Source of the DNA: an uncultured Pelagibacteraceae bacterium
GTDB taxonomy: Bacteria > Pseudomonadota > Alphaproteobacteria > Pelagibacterales > Pelagibacteraceae
Assembly: GCA_902522115.1 (NCBI GenBank)
Contig: CABYUV010000006.1
Location: 590 to 64,589, forward strand
Length of the DNA: 64,000 nt
Reading direction: 5' to 3'
Position 1 is the stretch's first letter, and every line of letters starts with the position of its first letter. Shown here one piece after another: positions 19,700-34,690 of the stretch. The notes under the pieces are model-generated. The model searched no databases and was not told the origin of the DNA. It saw only the letters and a list, made by a program, of their open reading frames with translations. The position numbers and the translations under genes were made by a program.

Positions 19700-20362
19700 T
19701 TATTTAACTTTCCAATCAGTCTGAAAGGTAACATAGTTTACTTGAATACATCGTCTTTCTTTAACTATTTTTTTCTTTTCCATTCCATGCCAAGTATTTG
19801 GTCCACTGGTAAATAGATAGCCATAGTTATGTTTATAAGGAAGTGTCTTAACCTTCTCTAATTTTTCATTATAAAAATCTGTTCCTAAGTCCTCAGACTC
19901 ATTTGTTTTATTAACAAATATTAATCCTGACATAAGTTTTTCTTTTATATCGCAATGAGGTTTAAGCCAAAAACCTTGTCGATCACATATGACTTCAACT
20001 CTTACATAAGAATTTGATAAATCCTTATTTATCATTTTAGAAATTGTTTCATATGTTTCTTTAGACTGAAGTTCGTTTATAAATTTTACTAAATTTGGAA
20101 ATTGAGCGGAGTTCTCTTTATTTATAAAACATCTAAATTTTATTGCTTTTCCACCTGACGCTATTCCTTCTCTAAATTCTGCAGCTCCACCATCTATTGC
20201 TCTAGTACCATCGTAATTAAGATTGTGTTTACTTACATCAGTAATATCTGCTTTCACTATTTCATCAATTGCTTCCTCTGATAAAGCATTGCTATATTCC
20301 CAATGATTAAAAGGCAAATTGTATTGTTTCGAATTATTTTTAATTGAATTTAAAAATGACAT
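19700..20362 (-). CDS. 2OG-Fe(II) oxygenase family protein
   Basis: PHCD, TWHG and RRCIQVNY motifs. Confidence 0.8.
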   Translation of the reverse strand: MSFLNSIKNNSKQYNLPFNHWEYSNALSEEAIDEIVKADITDVSKHNLNYDGTRAIDGGAAEFREGIASGGKAIKFRCFINKENSAQFPNLVKFINELQSKETYETISKMINKDLSNSYVRVEVICDRQGFWLKPHCDIKEKLMSGLIFVNKTNESEDLGTDFYNEKLEKVKTLPYKHNYGYLFTSGPNTWHGMEKKKIVKERRCIQVNYVTFQTDWKVK

Positions 20363-21306
20363 TAACTTTGAATTTTACTTTTTAATATTTTTGCAACTCT
20401 ATTAGTTTCATCAAGTTTTTCATAGTTCCAATTTTCTATTTCTTCTCCCAAATTTCTTATAATATTTAATTCTCTAAATAAATTTCTAAAATTTTGGAAT
20501 CTCTTATCATTTCTTTTCGGTAAAATATTTGCTACATAAATGGGTTTACCAGTCAAAGCTGCTTCAGATATCATTGAGCTAGAGTCACATGTAACCACAA
20601 TATTTTCAGATAAACCAAGTGCTGATAAATAAGCTTTTTTATCAACATTCATTATAATAGTGTGATTTTCTCCAAAAAATTCTTTAGCATAGTGGATCGT
20701 ATTCAATGGTGTTCTCATTGATGGTATTACAACAAGTTGAAAGTTGTGTTTCTTTAGCAATTTATAAAATATTGAAAAAATATGTTTCATGTTTTTTGTT
20801 GAGTAATCATAATATTTCGTAGGCCCACCCAAAATTAAAGACCAAATTTTTCTATCATCTCTTTTTATAAACGAGTTTAAATAGTTCTTATTTTCCTCGA
20901 TTTCATTTTTGGTAAGATAATGTATGGCGCCTTTGGTGGAAATTACATTTGAGCCTTTTATTCCATCGTGTTCAGGAGCTATTACAAAATCAAAATGGTT
21001 TAAATCTACTTTTGGATCTTGTATGTGAATATTAAATACTTTTTTATTTGAAATACTTTTTAAATGAATTGATGGAATTACACTTTTTCTTCCACAAGAT
21101 ATAATTATATCAAAATCTAAATGATTTATTTTTTTATAAACATTTTGTGAAACAGGAGTAAATTTTGGTGGGAGCAAATTCCAAAAATTATTTAGTTTAA
21201 CCTTATGGTGTGTAAATTCAATTTCTAGAGCTTTAGCCAATCCCTCAACCTGACTAATCATTCCATGCATGCCTTGAGTTAATAAAATACCTTTTAATTT
21301 AGTCAT
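20362..21306 (-). CDS. ELM1/GtrOC1-family putative glycosyltransferase
   Basis: GM.SQ..GLA, IQDP, FD.VIAPEHD, LGG, S.RTP, VTCDS.SMISEA. Confidence 0.88.
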   Translation of the reverse strand: MTKLKGILLTQGMHGMISQVEGLAKALEIEFTHHKVKLNNFWNLLPPKFTPVSQNVYKKINHLDFDIIISCGRKSVIPSIHLKSISNKKVFNIHIQDPKVDLNHFDFVIAPEHDGIKGSNVISTKGAIHYLTKNEIEENKNYLNSFIKRDDRKIWSLILGGPTKYYDYSTKNMKHIFSIFYKLLKKHNFQLVVIPSMRTPLNTIHYAKEFFGENHTIIMNVDKKAYLSALGLSENIVVTCDSSSMISEAALTGKPIYVANILPKRNDKRFQNFRNLFRELNIIRNLGEEIENWNYEKLDETNRVAKILKSKIQS

Positions 21307-21327
21307 TAATCACTATATAGCTTTCAT

Positions 21328-22275
21328 ATGAGTCAAAATCCAACTAAACACACAAAAGTGTTAATAATTGGATCTGGTCCTGCCGGATACACAGCTGCAG
21401 TTTATGCTGCTCGAGCTATGTTAAATCCAATTCTAGTTCATGGATCTGAGCCAGGTGGTCAATTAACAACGACAACTGATGTTGAAAACTTTCCAGGATT
21501 TGCAGAGGTTATACAGGGTCCTTGGTTAATGGATCAAATGAAAGAACAAGCTAAAGCTGTTGGTACAGAAATGATAGAGGATCACATTAGTAATGTTAAT
21601 TTAAAATCTTCTCCGTTTGAGGCAACTGGGGATAGTGGTCAAAAATATACTGCTGACAGTATAATAATTTCTACAGGTGCTCAGGCAAGATGGTTAAATT
21701 TAGACTCAGAACAAGAGTTTAGAGGATTTGGCGTCTCTGCTTGCGCAACATGTGACGGTTTCTTTTTTAAAAATAAAGAAGTTGCAGTAGTTGGAGGTGG
21801 CAATGCAGCTGTTGAAGAGGCAATGTTTCTTACAAAATTTGCATCTAAAGTAAAATTAATTCACAGACGAGATAGTTTAAGGGCTGAAAAAATGCTTCAA
21901 AAAAAATTAATGGAAAATAAAAAAATTGAAATTATTTGGGACTCTGTAGTTGAAGATGTATTGGGTGACAAAGATCCTAAAAATGTTAAGGGAATTAAAA
22001 TAAAAAATGTCAAAACAAATGAAATACAAGAATTAAAGCTTGATGGTGTATTTATTGCTATTGGTCATGATCCAGCAACCCAGCTATTTAAAGATCAGCT
22101 GGAAATGGATAAAGAAGGATACTTAATCACAAAGGCAGACTCTACTGAAACCAATGTGCCTGGTGTTTTTGCAGCTGGAGATGTAAAAGATAAAATTTTC
22201 AGACAAGCAGTCACAGCTGCTGGTATGGGGTGCATGGCAGCTCTTGAAGCAGAAAAACATCTCTCTCACAATTAA
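21328..22275 (+). CDS. trxB: Thioredoxin reductase
   Basis: GSGPAG, CATCDG, GGGNAA, AAGD. Confidence 0.97.
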   Translation: MSQNPTKHTKVLIIGSGPAGYTAAVYAARAMLNPILVHGSEPGGQLTTTTDVENFPGFAEVIQGPWLMDQMKEQAKAVGTEMIEDHISNVNLKSSPFEATGDSGQKYTADSIIISTGAQARWLNLDSEQEFRGFGVSACATCDGFFFKNKEVAVVGGGNAAVEEAMFLTKFASKVKLIHRRDSLRAEKMLQKKLMENKKIEIIWDSVVEDVLGDKDPKNVKGIKIKNVKTNEIQELKLDGVFIAIGHDPATQLFKDQLEMDKEGYLITKADSTETNVPGVFAAGDVKDKIFRQAVTAAGMGCMAALEAEKHLSHN

Positions 22276-23298
22276 ATGACAGAAAAAGTATTGCTAACTG
22301 GAATAAGCGGTTGGATAGCAAAACATACAGCAATAGAATTATTAAATTCTGGTTACGAGGTTCTAGGAACAGTAAGGAATGAAACTTTAATTGAACAAAC
22401 CAAAGATACTATTAGTAAATACGCTCCTATAGACAAATTATCTTTTATTAAATTAGATCTTGTTAAAAATGATGGATGGGATGATGCAGCTAAAGGATGT
22501 AAATATATATTTCATATTGCATCTCCTTTTCCAATAAAAGTTTCAAATAATAGAGAAAGTTTATTACCTCCTGCAGTAGATGGTACTTTAAGGGTATTAA
22601 ATGCAGGGATAAATGCTGGGGTAGATCAGATCATTAAAACTTCTTCTATTGTTGCTATGTTTAGAAAACCTAACAGAACTAATCCTTATACATTTGGAGA
22701 GCAAGATTGGACTGATGAAAATTGGGTAGAAGGGGTAAATGATTATTTTTTATCAAAGACGAAAGCTGAGAGAGTTGCTTGGGAATTAATGGAAAGTAAA
22801 GGATTAAAAAATAAATTAACAACAATTTGTCCTGGTGGAGTCTTCGGTGATGCTCTAGATAAAAAAGGAGGTACTTCAATTGAGTATGTTAGACAATTCA
22901 TGGCTGGTAAATTCCCTGGAGCACCTAAATTTGCTGTTTTAATTTCTGATGTAAAAGATATTGCAAAAGCTCATGTTGCTTGTATTGGAAATGATAAAGT
23001 TGGAGGTAGAAGATTAATTGTTGGAAAAGAAGTAAAAAAATTAGTCGAGTTATCCCAATTAATGGCTGAAGCAATGCCCGCTTACGCAAAAAAGCTTCCA
23101 AAAAAAGAGCTTCCAAATTTCATGGTTAAGTTGATAAGTTATTTAGACTCAAGTGCCAAAATGATGATACCTGATCTTGGAATTTTAATGCAAACCGACC
23201 CCTCTTATGCTGAAGAATTATTAGGGTTTAAATTTAAAGCTGCAAAAGATTGTATGGTGGAAAATGCAAAATCTGTAGTGAGATTAGGTTTGGTTTGA
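22276..23298 (+). CDS. NAD-dependent epimerase/aldehyde reductase (extended SDR)
   Basis: TGISGWIA, HIASP, TSS, YFLSK. Confidence 0.88.
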   Translation: MTEKVLLTGISGWIAKHTAIELLNSGYEVLGTVRNETLIEQTKDTISKYAPIDKLSFIKLDLVKNDGWDDAAKGCKYIFHIASPFPIKVSNNRESLLPPAVDGTLRVLNAGINAGVDQIIKTSSIVAMFRKPNRTNPYTFGEQDWTDENWVEGVNDYFLSKTKAERVAWELMESKGLKNKLTTICPGGVFGDALDKKGGTSIEYVRQFMAGKFPGAPKFAVLISDVKDIAKAHVACIGNDKVGGRRLIVGKEVKKLVELSQLMAEAMPAYAKKLPKKELPNFMVKLISYLDSSAKMMIPDLGILMQTDPSYAEELLGFKFKAAKDCMVENAKSVVRLGLV

Positions 23299-23945
23299 TT
23301 ATAACTTTAAAATTTCATCAGACTCAAACGTAATTTTTTGTAAATTTTGTTTGGCAATTTTGATCATTGCTTTTGCAACTATTTCTGAGCTTATAGGTCT
23401 CATTTTTTTAAACGGTCCAAATAATAAAGGCGACAATACCCTAAAAGTCAAAATACCTATTTTTTCACCCACTCTGTTTTCTTTTCTTTTCCCCATTAAA
23501 AAAGAGGGTCTTAATATTCCTAATTTAGAGAAGTTTAATCTTTTTAATTCTTCTTCAACTAAACCTTTAAATTTCACGTAATTCCCTGAACTATTTGGAT
23601 TAGCATATATTGAAGAAATAAAAATAAATGACTTAACTGAATTAGCTTTTGCAATTTGTGCAATTTGTTTTGGAATATCTAACTCTACTTTTTGGTACTC
23701 ATTTCTATTAGGAGAATTTTGTTTTGTAGTCCCAATACAAAAAAAACAATCATCCCCTGTAATTTCAGTTTTATGATTTCCTAAATTATTAAAATTAACA
23801 TTTATAACATCAACTTTTTCATTATTAATTGAAGTTTGTGAACGAACGAAAACCTTAACTTTAGTGTAATAATTATCTTGAATTAATTGATTAACTAAAT
23901 GGCCACCAATTAATCCAGTGGAACCAAATACTATAGCTGTTTTCA

Positions 23946-23946
<1 letters not shown>
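23299..23946 (-). CDS. NAD(P)H-binding protein (TIP30/YraR-like)
   Basis: GSTGLIG, FCIGTT, Y..FK, RPSFL.G. Confidence 0.85.
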
Positions 23947-27337
<3,391 letters not shown>

Positions 27338-27356
<19 letters not shown>

Positions 27357-28093
27357 TTATTACAGGTGGAGCAACAAGAATTGGTGCTGCGATTGCAAAA
27401 AAATTATCTGGCCCTAATAAAGAAATTCTCATTCATTTTAATAAGTCAAAATTAAAAGCTGAGAAGTTAAAAAAAGAACTATCAAATGGTGGTACTAAAA
27501 TTTATTTAGTTAAAGCTGATTTGAGTAAAGAAAATGATGTAAATAAAATTATAAAATATGCAAAATCAAAACTTAAATATTTTGATTGTCTAATTAATAA
27601 CGCTTCTTTGTTTGAAAATGATAAATTAGAAAACTTTACAACAGATAGTTGGGGGCAACATTTAAGAACAAATTTAAGAACACCTGCATTATTGTCTAAA
27701 GAATTTGCAAAAAATGTTAAAGGAAAAAATAACAATATAATTAATATTATTGATCAAAGAGTATTTAAACTAACTCCCTATTTTTTTTCTTACACAATCA
27801 GTAAAACTGGACTTTATACTTTAACTAAAACTAGTGCTATGAGTTTGGCTCCAAAGATTAGAGTAAACGGTATAGCACCTGGTCCAACTATTAAAAATCA
27901 AAGACAATCTGAAAAACATTTTAGAAAACAATACTTAGCAACCCCTCTAAAAAGACAAGTTGATGTAGAACAAATATGTAATGCTGTTGACTTTTTTATA
28001 AAAAATATATCTATTACAGGACAAGTTTTAGCAATAGATAGTGGACAGAATTTAAACTGGCAAACACCAGATATAATGAGAGGGAAAGAATGA
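27338..28093 (+). CDS. SDR oxidoreductase, pteridine reductase-like
   Basis: [18 protein letters not shown]; upstream of folB. Confidence 0.85.
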
Positions 28094-28236
28094 AAAAAAT
28101 TAATCCTTTTCTTGCCGCAGCAATAATTTTAATTGGTGGTTTTTTTGCATTTAAAATAATGTCATTTTTTGGTTGCTATGTTCGTATTGAGGATGGGAAT
28201 GCATGTTGGAATCTTACTATTTTTGGAACTAAATAA
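28090..28236 (+). CDS. Unannotated 48-aa membrane protein
   Basis: [48 protein letters not shown]; ATGA and TAATG overlaps with both neighbours. Confidence 0.75.
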   Translation: MKKINPFLAAAIILIGGFFAFKIMSFFGCYVRIEDGNACWNLTIFGTK

Positions 28237-28661
28237 TGAAAAAAAATAATTTAAAAATTGTCAAAATAGATAAAAATAAAACTTTATTTAATTATGAGAA
28301 AAAAATACTAATTAATGAGTTAATTTTAGATTTAAAACTTGGTTATTACGACTCTGAAAAAGAAAAATCACAAAAAGTAAAATTTAGTCTCGAAATAGAC
28401 TATGAGGATAAAAAACCTTCTAGCGATAAAGATATAAAATCTATTGTAAATTATGGAACAATTGTAAAATTAATTACTAAACTTGTAAAAAAGAAACATT
28501 ATAACTTTTTAGAAACCCTAGCAGAAGCTGTTTTTGACGAATTATTTAAAGACAAAAGAATTGCTAAAATAATGTTAAAAATTGAAAAATTAGAAATCTT
28601 AAAACAGTGTTCATCTGTTGGTATTCAAATTACCAAAAAGAGAAGCCATGATAAGCTCTGA
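28236..28661 (+). CDS. folB: Dihydroneopterin aldolase
   Basis: G.Y..EK...Q, VNY, FLETLAE, KIEK. Confidence 0.85.
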   Translation: MKKNNLKIVKIDKNKTLFNYEKKILINELILDLKLGYYDSEKEKSQKVKFSLEIDYEDKKPSSDKDIKSIVNYGTIVKLITKLVKKKHYNFLETLAEAVFDELFKDKRIAKIMLKIEKLEILKQCSSVGIQITKKRSHDKL

Positions 28662-30483
28662 AATAGGAAAAGACGTAATTAAAAAAGAGTTGCCTTTAGT
28701 ACCTAAACTTCCTGGAGTTTACAGGATGCTTAATGAGAAAAATGAAATTCTTTATGTAGGTAAGGCTAAAAATCTACCAAACAGATTAAAGAGTTACGTT
28801 GCTGAAAAAAATCATATAATTAGAACTGAACGAATGTTATCTCAAACTAGGAAGCTAGAGATAACAACAACATCTAATGAAAGTGAAGCACTGCTTTTAG
28901 AAGCGAATTTAATCAAAAAGTATAAACCAAAATTCAATATCCTGCTTCGTGATGATAAATCATTTCCATTCATATTTATAGGCAACAAAGATAAGTGGCC
29001 CCAAATAAAAAGACATAGGGGTAAAAAAACAAAAGAAGGTTTTTACTTTGGACCTTTTGCTTCTGCTGGTTCTGCTAATTGGACAATCAAAATGATCCAA
29101 AAGATTTTTCATTTAAGAGTTTGTGATGATACCGTTTTTAAAAATAGAGAAAGACCATGTATTTTATATCAAATAAAAAGATGTTCTGGACCGTGCGTTG
29201 GTTACGTAAAAAAAGAGGATTATAATCAAACAGTAAACGACGCTATTGAATTTGTTTCAGGTAAATCTAGGAAAATTCAAAAAAATCTTTCTAATCAGAT
29301 GGAAAAAGCGAGTGATGATCTTGATTTTGAAAAAGCTGTAATATTAAGAGATAGAATTAAAGCGTTAAACATAATTCAATCTTCGCAGAGGATTAACGAA
29401 GCAAATTTAGTTGAGGCAGATGTTATTGCTGGTTATAAAGAATCTGGAAAAACTTGTATTCAAGTGTTTTTTTATAGATCAAAACAAAATTGGGGTAACC
29501 AAGCTTTTTTTCCAAAACATGATCCAGATGAAAAATTTAGTGAAATCCTAAATTCATTTGTCTCTCAATTTTATGAAAATAAAAGTGTTCCTTCATCAAT
29601 TATTCTTTCAGAAGAAATAAAAGAAAAAGTACTAATTGAAAAAACGCTGACACAAAAAGAAGGTAAACAGATAAATATTTCAGTTGCAAAAAAAGGATCA
29701 AAACTCAAGGTTATTAATCAAGCAATAAAAAATGCTAAAGATAGTCTTAATAGAAAACTTTATGAAAGTCAGAATAATAAAGAATTGTTCGATGCAGTAG
29801 CTCAAAAATTTAATTTAGAAAACAATATAAATTTAATTGAGGTTTACGATAATAGTCATATTCAAGGTACGAATAGTGTTGGAGCTTTAATAGCATACGG
29901 TGATGAAGGATTTATTAAAAAAAGATATAGAAAATTTAATATAAAACACAAAAAAAATGAGCAGGATGACTATGGAATGATGAGAGAAGTGTTGAATAGA
30001 AGGTTTAAAAGAGCAGTTCAAGAAAAAGACAACTACCTTGCTTTTCCAGATTTGGTTGTAGTAGATGGAGGAAAAGGTCAATATTCTGTTGCTAGAGAAA
30101 GCCTAAACGAATTAGGACTTCACGACATTCCAATTATTGCAATAGCAAAAGGTAAATTTAGAAATAGTGGTAATGAAACCTTTTTTCACAATGGTAAAGA
30201 GTACAAATTTACTAGAAACGACCCAACCTTATTTTTTCTTCAAAGAATTAGGGATGAATCACATAGATTTGCTATAAGTGCTCACAGAGCAAAAAGGAAA
30301 AAAGGTATTAACAAATCTTTATTAGACCAAATTGATGGGATTGGAGCTATAAGAAAAAGAGCTTTATTAAACCATTTTGGATCTGCAAGATCTGTTGAGT
30401 CTGCTAGCTTAGACGAAATTAAATCTGTAGAAGGTGTTGAGGAAAAAGTAGCAAAAAAGATATATAACTTTTTTCACGAATAA
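28648..30483 (+). CDS. uvrC: Excinuclease ABC subunit C
   Basis: PGVYRM...[27 protein letters not shown], HhH tail. Confidence 0.98.
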   Translation: MISSEIGKDVIKKELPLVPKLPGVYRMLNEKNEILYVGKAKNLPNRLKSYVAEKNHIIRTERMLSQTRKLEITTTSNESEALLLEANLIKKYKPKFNILLRDDKSFPFIFIGNKDKWPQIKRHRGKKTKEGFYFGPFASAGSANWTIKMIQKIFHLRVCDDTVFKNRERPCILYQIKRCSGPCVGYVKKEDYNQTVNDAIEFVSGKSRKIQKNLSNQMEKASDDLDFEKAVILRDRIKALNIIQSSQRINEANLVEADVIAGYKESGKTCIQVFFYRSKQNWGNQAFFPKHDPDEKFSEILNSFVSQFYENKSVPSSIILSEEIKEKVLIEKTLTQKEGKQINISVAKKGSKLKVINQAIKNAKDSLNRKLYESQNNKELFDAVAQKFNLENNINLIEVYDNSHIQGTNSVGALIAYGDEGFIKKRYRKFNIKHKKNEQDDYGMMREVLNRRFKRAVQEKDNYLAFPDLVVVDGGKGQYSVARESLNELGLHDIPIIAIAKGKFRNSGNETFFHNGKEYKFTRNDPTLFFLQRIRDESHRFAISAHRAKRKKGINKSLLDQIDGIGAIRKRALLNHFGSARSVESASLDEIKSVEGVEEKVAKKIYNFFHE

Positions 30484-30485
30484 TT

Positions 30486-31070
30486 ATGCTTAAAAAAATT
30501 CCAAACATATTAACCATTGGTCGAATAATAATTGTTCCATTTTTTGTTTTAGCCTTTTATCTTCCAGGATTTTATGGTGATTTAACTGCTTTAATTTTAT
30601 TTATAGTTGCATCTTTTACTGACTTTCTAGACGGAATGTTGGCTAGAATGTTTGGAGTAGAGTCAAAATTAGGAGAGTTACTTGATCCTATAGCTGATAA
30701 AATCATTGTTGCAACCGCATTGATACTTTTAGTTATGGATGGCACTATTCGAAATTACGAAGTAATTGCAGCTATAATAATTCTTACAAGAGAAATTTTA
30801 ATTTCAGGTTTGAGAGAATTTTTAGCTAAAGGAAAGATAAAACTTCCGGTTTCAAATCTTTCAAAACTTAAAACTGTATTACAAATGGTATCCATAGCTC
30901 TTTTATTATCTGGTGATACAGGAAATAAGATAATTAACTTTCAAGATTATAATGCGCAAACAATTGGTATAATTTTTTTATGGTTGTCAGCTGCTTTAAC
31001 ACTTTTTACTGCATATGATTATATGCGAAAAGGTATTGATCATGCAATGTCTGAAGACAGTAAAGATTAA
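30486..31070 (+). CDS. pgsA: CDP-diacylglycerol--glycerol-3-phosphate 3-phosphatidyltransferase
   Basis: PNILT..R, TDFLDG.LAR...G..LDPIADK. Confidence 0.95.
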   Translation: MLKKIPNILTIGRIIIVPFFVLAFYLPGFYGDLTALILFIVASFTDFLDGMLARMFGVESKLGELLDPIADKIIVATALILLVMDGTIRNYEVIAAIIILTREILISGLREFLAKGKIKLPVSNLSKLKTVLQMVSIALLLSGDTGNKIINFQDYNAQTIGIIFLWLSAALTLFTAYDYMRKGIDHAMSEDSKD

Positions 31071-31948
31071 GCTGCTTTTTTCTTCCTAACTAATTTTTGA
31101 TAGCTTTCATTTAAATCAATAATGGTATCACAAACTTTAAATTGATTTTCTGCAATACATGACACCGGTGTTACCTCTGCAGCAGTTCCAGTTAAAAAAC
31201 ATCCAACAAAATTTGGTAGTTCAGTTGGAGTTATTTTTCTTTCATGAACTTTTATGTTTTTTGATTTTGCTATTCCAATAACAGTCCTTCTTGTAATACC
31301 ATCTAAAAATGAGTCTGGTATTGGAGTATGAATTTCTCCATTTTTATCTTTAAAAAAAATATTTGCACCAGTTGCTTCAGCAATATTTCCCTCGTGGTCT
31401 AACATTAAAGAGTCAGTATAACCTTGTTTTTCCGCTTCATGCTTGGAGAGAGTGCAAATCATATAAAGACCAGAAGCCTTTGTATCCCACGGTATTGTAT
31501 TAGGTGCTGGTCTTCTCCAATTTGAAATATTTAATCTTATTCCTTCAACTTTCAGTTTAGGATCAAAATATGATCCCCACTCCCAAGTTGCTATTGCAAC
31601 ATGAATTTTAGTGTGTTGCGCAGATATAGCCATCATCTCACTACCTCTCCAAGCTACAGGTCTCACGTAACCGTTTTCTACTTTTTGTGTCGCTACAATT
31701 TTGTTTGACGCAATGTTTATCTCCTCCTCAGTATATGGAATTTCAAAACCCATTCTTTTTGCTGAATAAAAAAATCTTGAAGTGTGCTCCTCTAATTTGA
31801 AAATTGAACCATCATAAACTCTCTCGCCTTCAAATACACAACTAGCGTAGTGCATACCATGGCTTAAAACATGAAGTTTAACATCACCCCAATCAACAAA
31901 TTCATTGTTGTACCATATTTTTCCAGATCTCTTGTCGTAAGGTATCAT
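31067..31948 (-). CDS. ilvE: Branched-chain amino acid aminotransferase
   Basis: HYASCVFEG, YVRP, EATGANIF, LDGITR, GTAAEVTP. Confidence 0.95.
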   Translation of the reverse strand: MIPYDKRSGKIWYNNEFVDWGDVKLHVLSHGMHYASCVFEGERVYDGSIFKLEEHTSRFFYSAKRMGFEIPYTEEEINIASNKIVATQKVENGYVRPVAWRGSEMMAISAQHTKIHVAIATWEWGSYFDPKLKVEGIRLNISNWRRPAPNTIPWDTKASGLYMICTLSKHEAEKQGYTDSLMLDHEGNIAEATGANIFFKDKNGEIHTPIPDSFLDGITRRTVIGIAKSKNIKVHERKITPTELPNFVGCFLTGTAAEVTPVSCIAENQFKVCDTIIDLNESYQKLVRKKKAA

Positions 31949-32021
31949 GTATGAAATTTATTTTAATTTATAAACAAAAAATATCTTTGTATCTTTAATA
32001 TGTCAATATAACTTACCTAAA

Positions 32022-32459
32022 ATGAAAGAACTTTTATATTTAAAGGATGATCAGCTTAAAGACTTAATTGAAAAACTATTTGTAAGCTACAGAGAAACCT
32101 TTTCTGACTCAAAAAAAATATTAGATAGATATTCTATTGGGTTAGCACACCATAAAGTAATTCATTTATTATCAATGTATGAAGGTATCTCTATTTCTGA
32201 ATTGCTTAAGAGATTAAAAGTCACAAAACAAAGCTTAAATCGTGTTCTCAAAGATTTGATTAAACTAGAAATCATCATGTTTAAAAAAGATGAACAAGAT
32301 ACTAGAGTTAAGCATGTATATCTTAATGATAAGGGTAAAAAAATTTTTAATGAAATTTTCAATTTACAAAAAAAAAGAATTTATAATGCTTTATTAAATT
32401 CAAGTTCTGAAGAAGTTATAAATTTTGATAATGTACTAAATAAAATAATTAATGGATAA
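32022..32459 (+). CDS. MarR-family regulator (PetP-like)
   Basis: LKVTKQSLNRVLK...D.RV. Confidence 0.88.
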   Translation: MKELLYLKDDQLKDLIEKLFVSYRETFSDSKKILDRYSIGLAHHKVIHLLSMYEGISISELLKRLKVTKQSLNRVLKDLIKLEIIMFKKDEQDTRVKHVYLNDKGKKIFNEIFNLQKKRIYNALLNSSSEEVINFDNVLNKIING

Positions 32460-33129
32460 GTTTCTTGCACATATACTAGTAGTTGATGATGATGATGGAA
32501 TTAGATCCCTTGTCAAAAAATATTTAAATGAAAATAAATTCTTAGTTACTACTGCTGAAAATGCAGAAAATGCATTAGATAAGATAAACATAATAAAGTT
32601 TGATTTAATTGTTTTGGATATTATGATGCCCGGTAAAAGTGGGCTTGAATTTTTAAGAGAAAACAAAAAAAAATTAGATACACCAGTGATACTCCTGACT
32701 GCTAAAGGTAAAGCAGATGAAAGGGTTGAAGGTTTGGAAATTGGTGCTGATGATTATTTACCTAAACCATTTGAACCAAAAGAACTAATTCTTAGAATAC
32801 AAAACATATTAAATAAAACTATTAAAAAAGACCAGAAAAGGGTTATAGAATTTGAAAATGTGAAAATTAATTTGAATAAACTTTTAATAATTAAGAAGGA
32901 TAAAGAATTCAAGATTAATACAACTGAAAAGAAAATTTTAGAAAAAATGATTAATTACCCTGGTAAAACATTTTCTAGGGAAGATATTGGTCAATTAATC
33001 AATCTAGATAAAGAAAGGTCAATAGATGTTATTATTACTCGGCTTAGAAAAAAAATTGAAATTGATCCAAAGAATCCAAAATTTTTACAGACAATAAGAG
33101 GTGCAGGATATGTTCTCTGGATTGAGTAA
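32452..33129 (+). CDS. OmpR-family response regulator
   Basis: VVDDD, LDIMMP, GADDYLPKPF, TIRGAGY. Confidence 0.93.
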   Translation: MDKFLAHILVVDDDDGIRSLVKKYLNENKFLVTTAENAENALDKINIIKFDLIVLDIMMPGKSGLEFLRENKKKLDTPVILLTAKGKADERVEGLEIGADDYLPKPFEPKELILRIQNILNKTIKKDQKRVIEFENVKINLNKLLIIKKDKEFKINTTEKKILEKMINYPGKTFSREDIGQLINLDKERSIDVIITRLRKKIEIDPKNPKFLQTIRGAGYVLWIE

Positions 33130-34429
33130 TTATTTTAAAAAAATATTACCAAAAAGATTATTTTATAGGGCACTATTAATTGTAGCAATTCCAGTAATAG
33201 TTTTACAATTAGTTATAACAGTTGTTTTTTTTGACAGTCTTTGGATTAAAACAAACAAAGGTATGACAAGAACATTAATAAATGAAATTAGTATATTTAT
33301 TAAAGCATATGAAAGTGAAGAAAATGAAAAGAAGGAAGTTACAAATCTTTTTGCATTATTTTTGGATTTAAATATTGAACTAAAAAAAAATGAAGAATTC
33401 AAAAACCAATATAATGAAAGATGGTTTAGTCCAATTGATCGAACTTTAAGAAGAGAATTAAAACCACAATTTGGTTTAGGTAATTATTGGTTTGATACTA
33501 CAAGTTATAAAGAATTAATTGATTTAAGGATTAAATACGAAAAAGGATACTTTAAATTCTTAATACCTAAGGACAGAGTTACAAGTTCTTCAGCAAGAAT
33601 ATTTGCGCTTTGGATCACTGTACCTGCAATTATTATGGTGATTATTTCTTTAATATTTTTGAAAAATCAAACTAGACCAATCACAAACTTAGCGCGTGCG
33701 GCAGAAAGATTCGGTAAAGGTGAAAATGTTGAAGAGTTTAAACCTTCGGGGGCACTTGAAATTAGACAAGCAGGTCACGAATTTGACAAAATGAGAAAGA
33801 GAATTGAAAGACACATAAATCAAAGAACAGAAATGTTATCAGGTATTAGTCATGATTTAAGAACACCATTAACAAGAATGAAACTACAGATAGCTTTTAT
33901 AAAAGATAAAGAGACAGTCAAAAAGTTAACTGAAGATATCAACGAAATGGAGAAAATGTTAAACGAATATTTACAATTTACCAGCTCATCATATGTTGAA
34001 AAAGATGAAATGTTCAATCTTTCTGAATTAATTTCAGAGGTTGTTGAAAAATATAACAATGAAAACATTTCAAAAAACCTAATACCAAGAATTTATTTTA
34101 ATGGCAGGAAAAATTTAATTAATAGATGTCTAAATAATCTAATTGATAATTCACTAAAATATGCAAATAAAGTTGAAATTAGCTTAACAAAAAAAAATAC
34201 AAATTTATTCATAATTATTGATGATGATGGACCTGGGATACCAAAAAAAGAGTATGAAAATGTATTTAAACCTTTCTATAAAATAGATAAAGGTCGAGCA
34301 GACTCTAAATCAAGTGTTGGCCTTGGTTTGTCAATTTCATCAGACATTATCAAATCTCACGGAGGAAATATTATGTTAGAAAAATCTAAAATAGATGGTT
34401 TAAGAGTTAAAGTTTTTTTGCCCGTTTAA
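33110..34429 (+). CDS. EnvZ-like sensor histidine kinase
   Basis: Two TM segments, HAMP, SHDLRTPL, NLIDN, DDGPG, GLGL. Confidence 0.93.
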   Translation: MFSGLSNYFKKILPKRLFYRALLIVAIPVIVLQLVITVVFFDSLWIKTNKGMTRTLINEISIFIKAYESEENEKKEVTNLFALFLDLNIELKKNEEFKNQYNERWFSPIDRTLRRELKPQFGLGNYWFDTTSYKELIDLRIKYEKGYFKFLIPKDRVTSSSARIFALWITVPAIIMVIISLIFLKNQTRPITNLARAAERFGKGENVEEFKPSGALEIRQAGHEFDKMRKRIERHINQRTEMLSGISHDLRTPLTRMKLQIAFIKDKETVKKLTEDINEMEKMLNEYLQFTSSSYVEKDEMFNLSELISEVVEKYNNENISKNLIPRIYFNGRKNLINRCLNNLIDNSLKYANKVEISLTKKNTNLFIIIDDDGPGIPKKEYENVFKPFYKIDKGRADSKSSVGLGLSISSDIIKSHGGNIMLEKSKIDGLRVKVFLPV

Positions 34430-34658
34430 CTTTTTTATTTTTTTTTTTCTCAAGTTTATTTATTTTATCTTCAAGATTTTCAACACGTTTTAAGAGCACT
34501 TCGAACTCATCTTTACTTGTAAGTTTCATTTTAAAAACAAATTCATCTCTTTTAGATTTTAAGATATTAAATAATTCTGTAGTTAAATCTTTAGAAGATA
34601 CCAGGCCCTGCTCTATTAATTTGGCAAACTTATCAATTATAAATTTAGAATTTTTCAT
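34407..34658 (-). CDS. Small coiled-coil protein, UbiK/BMFP-like
   Basis: KMKLTSKDEFEVL resembles the LDLV.REEF motif; divergent from lgt. Confidence 0.65.
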   Translation of the reverse strand: MKNSKFIIDKFAKLIEQGLVSSKDLTTELFNILKSKRDEFVFKMKLTSKDEFEVLLKRVENLEDKINKLEKKKNKKVKRAKKL

Positions 34659-34690
34659 ATTTAAGATATACATTATAAGTATTATTAAAA

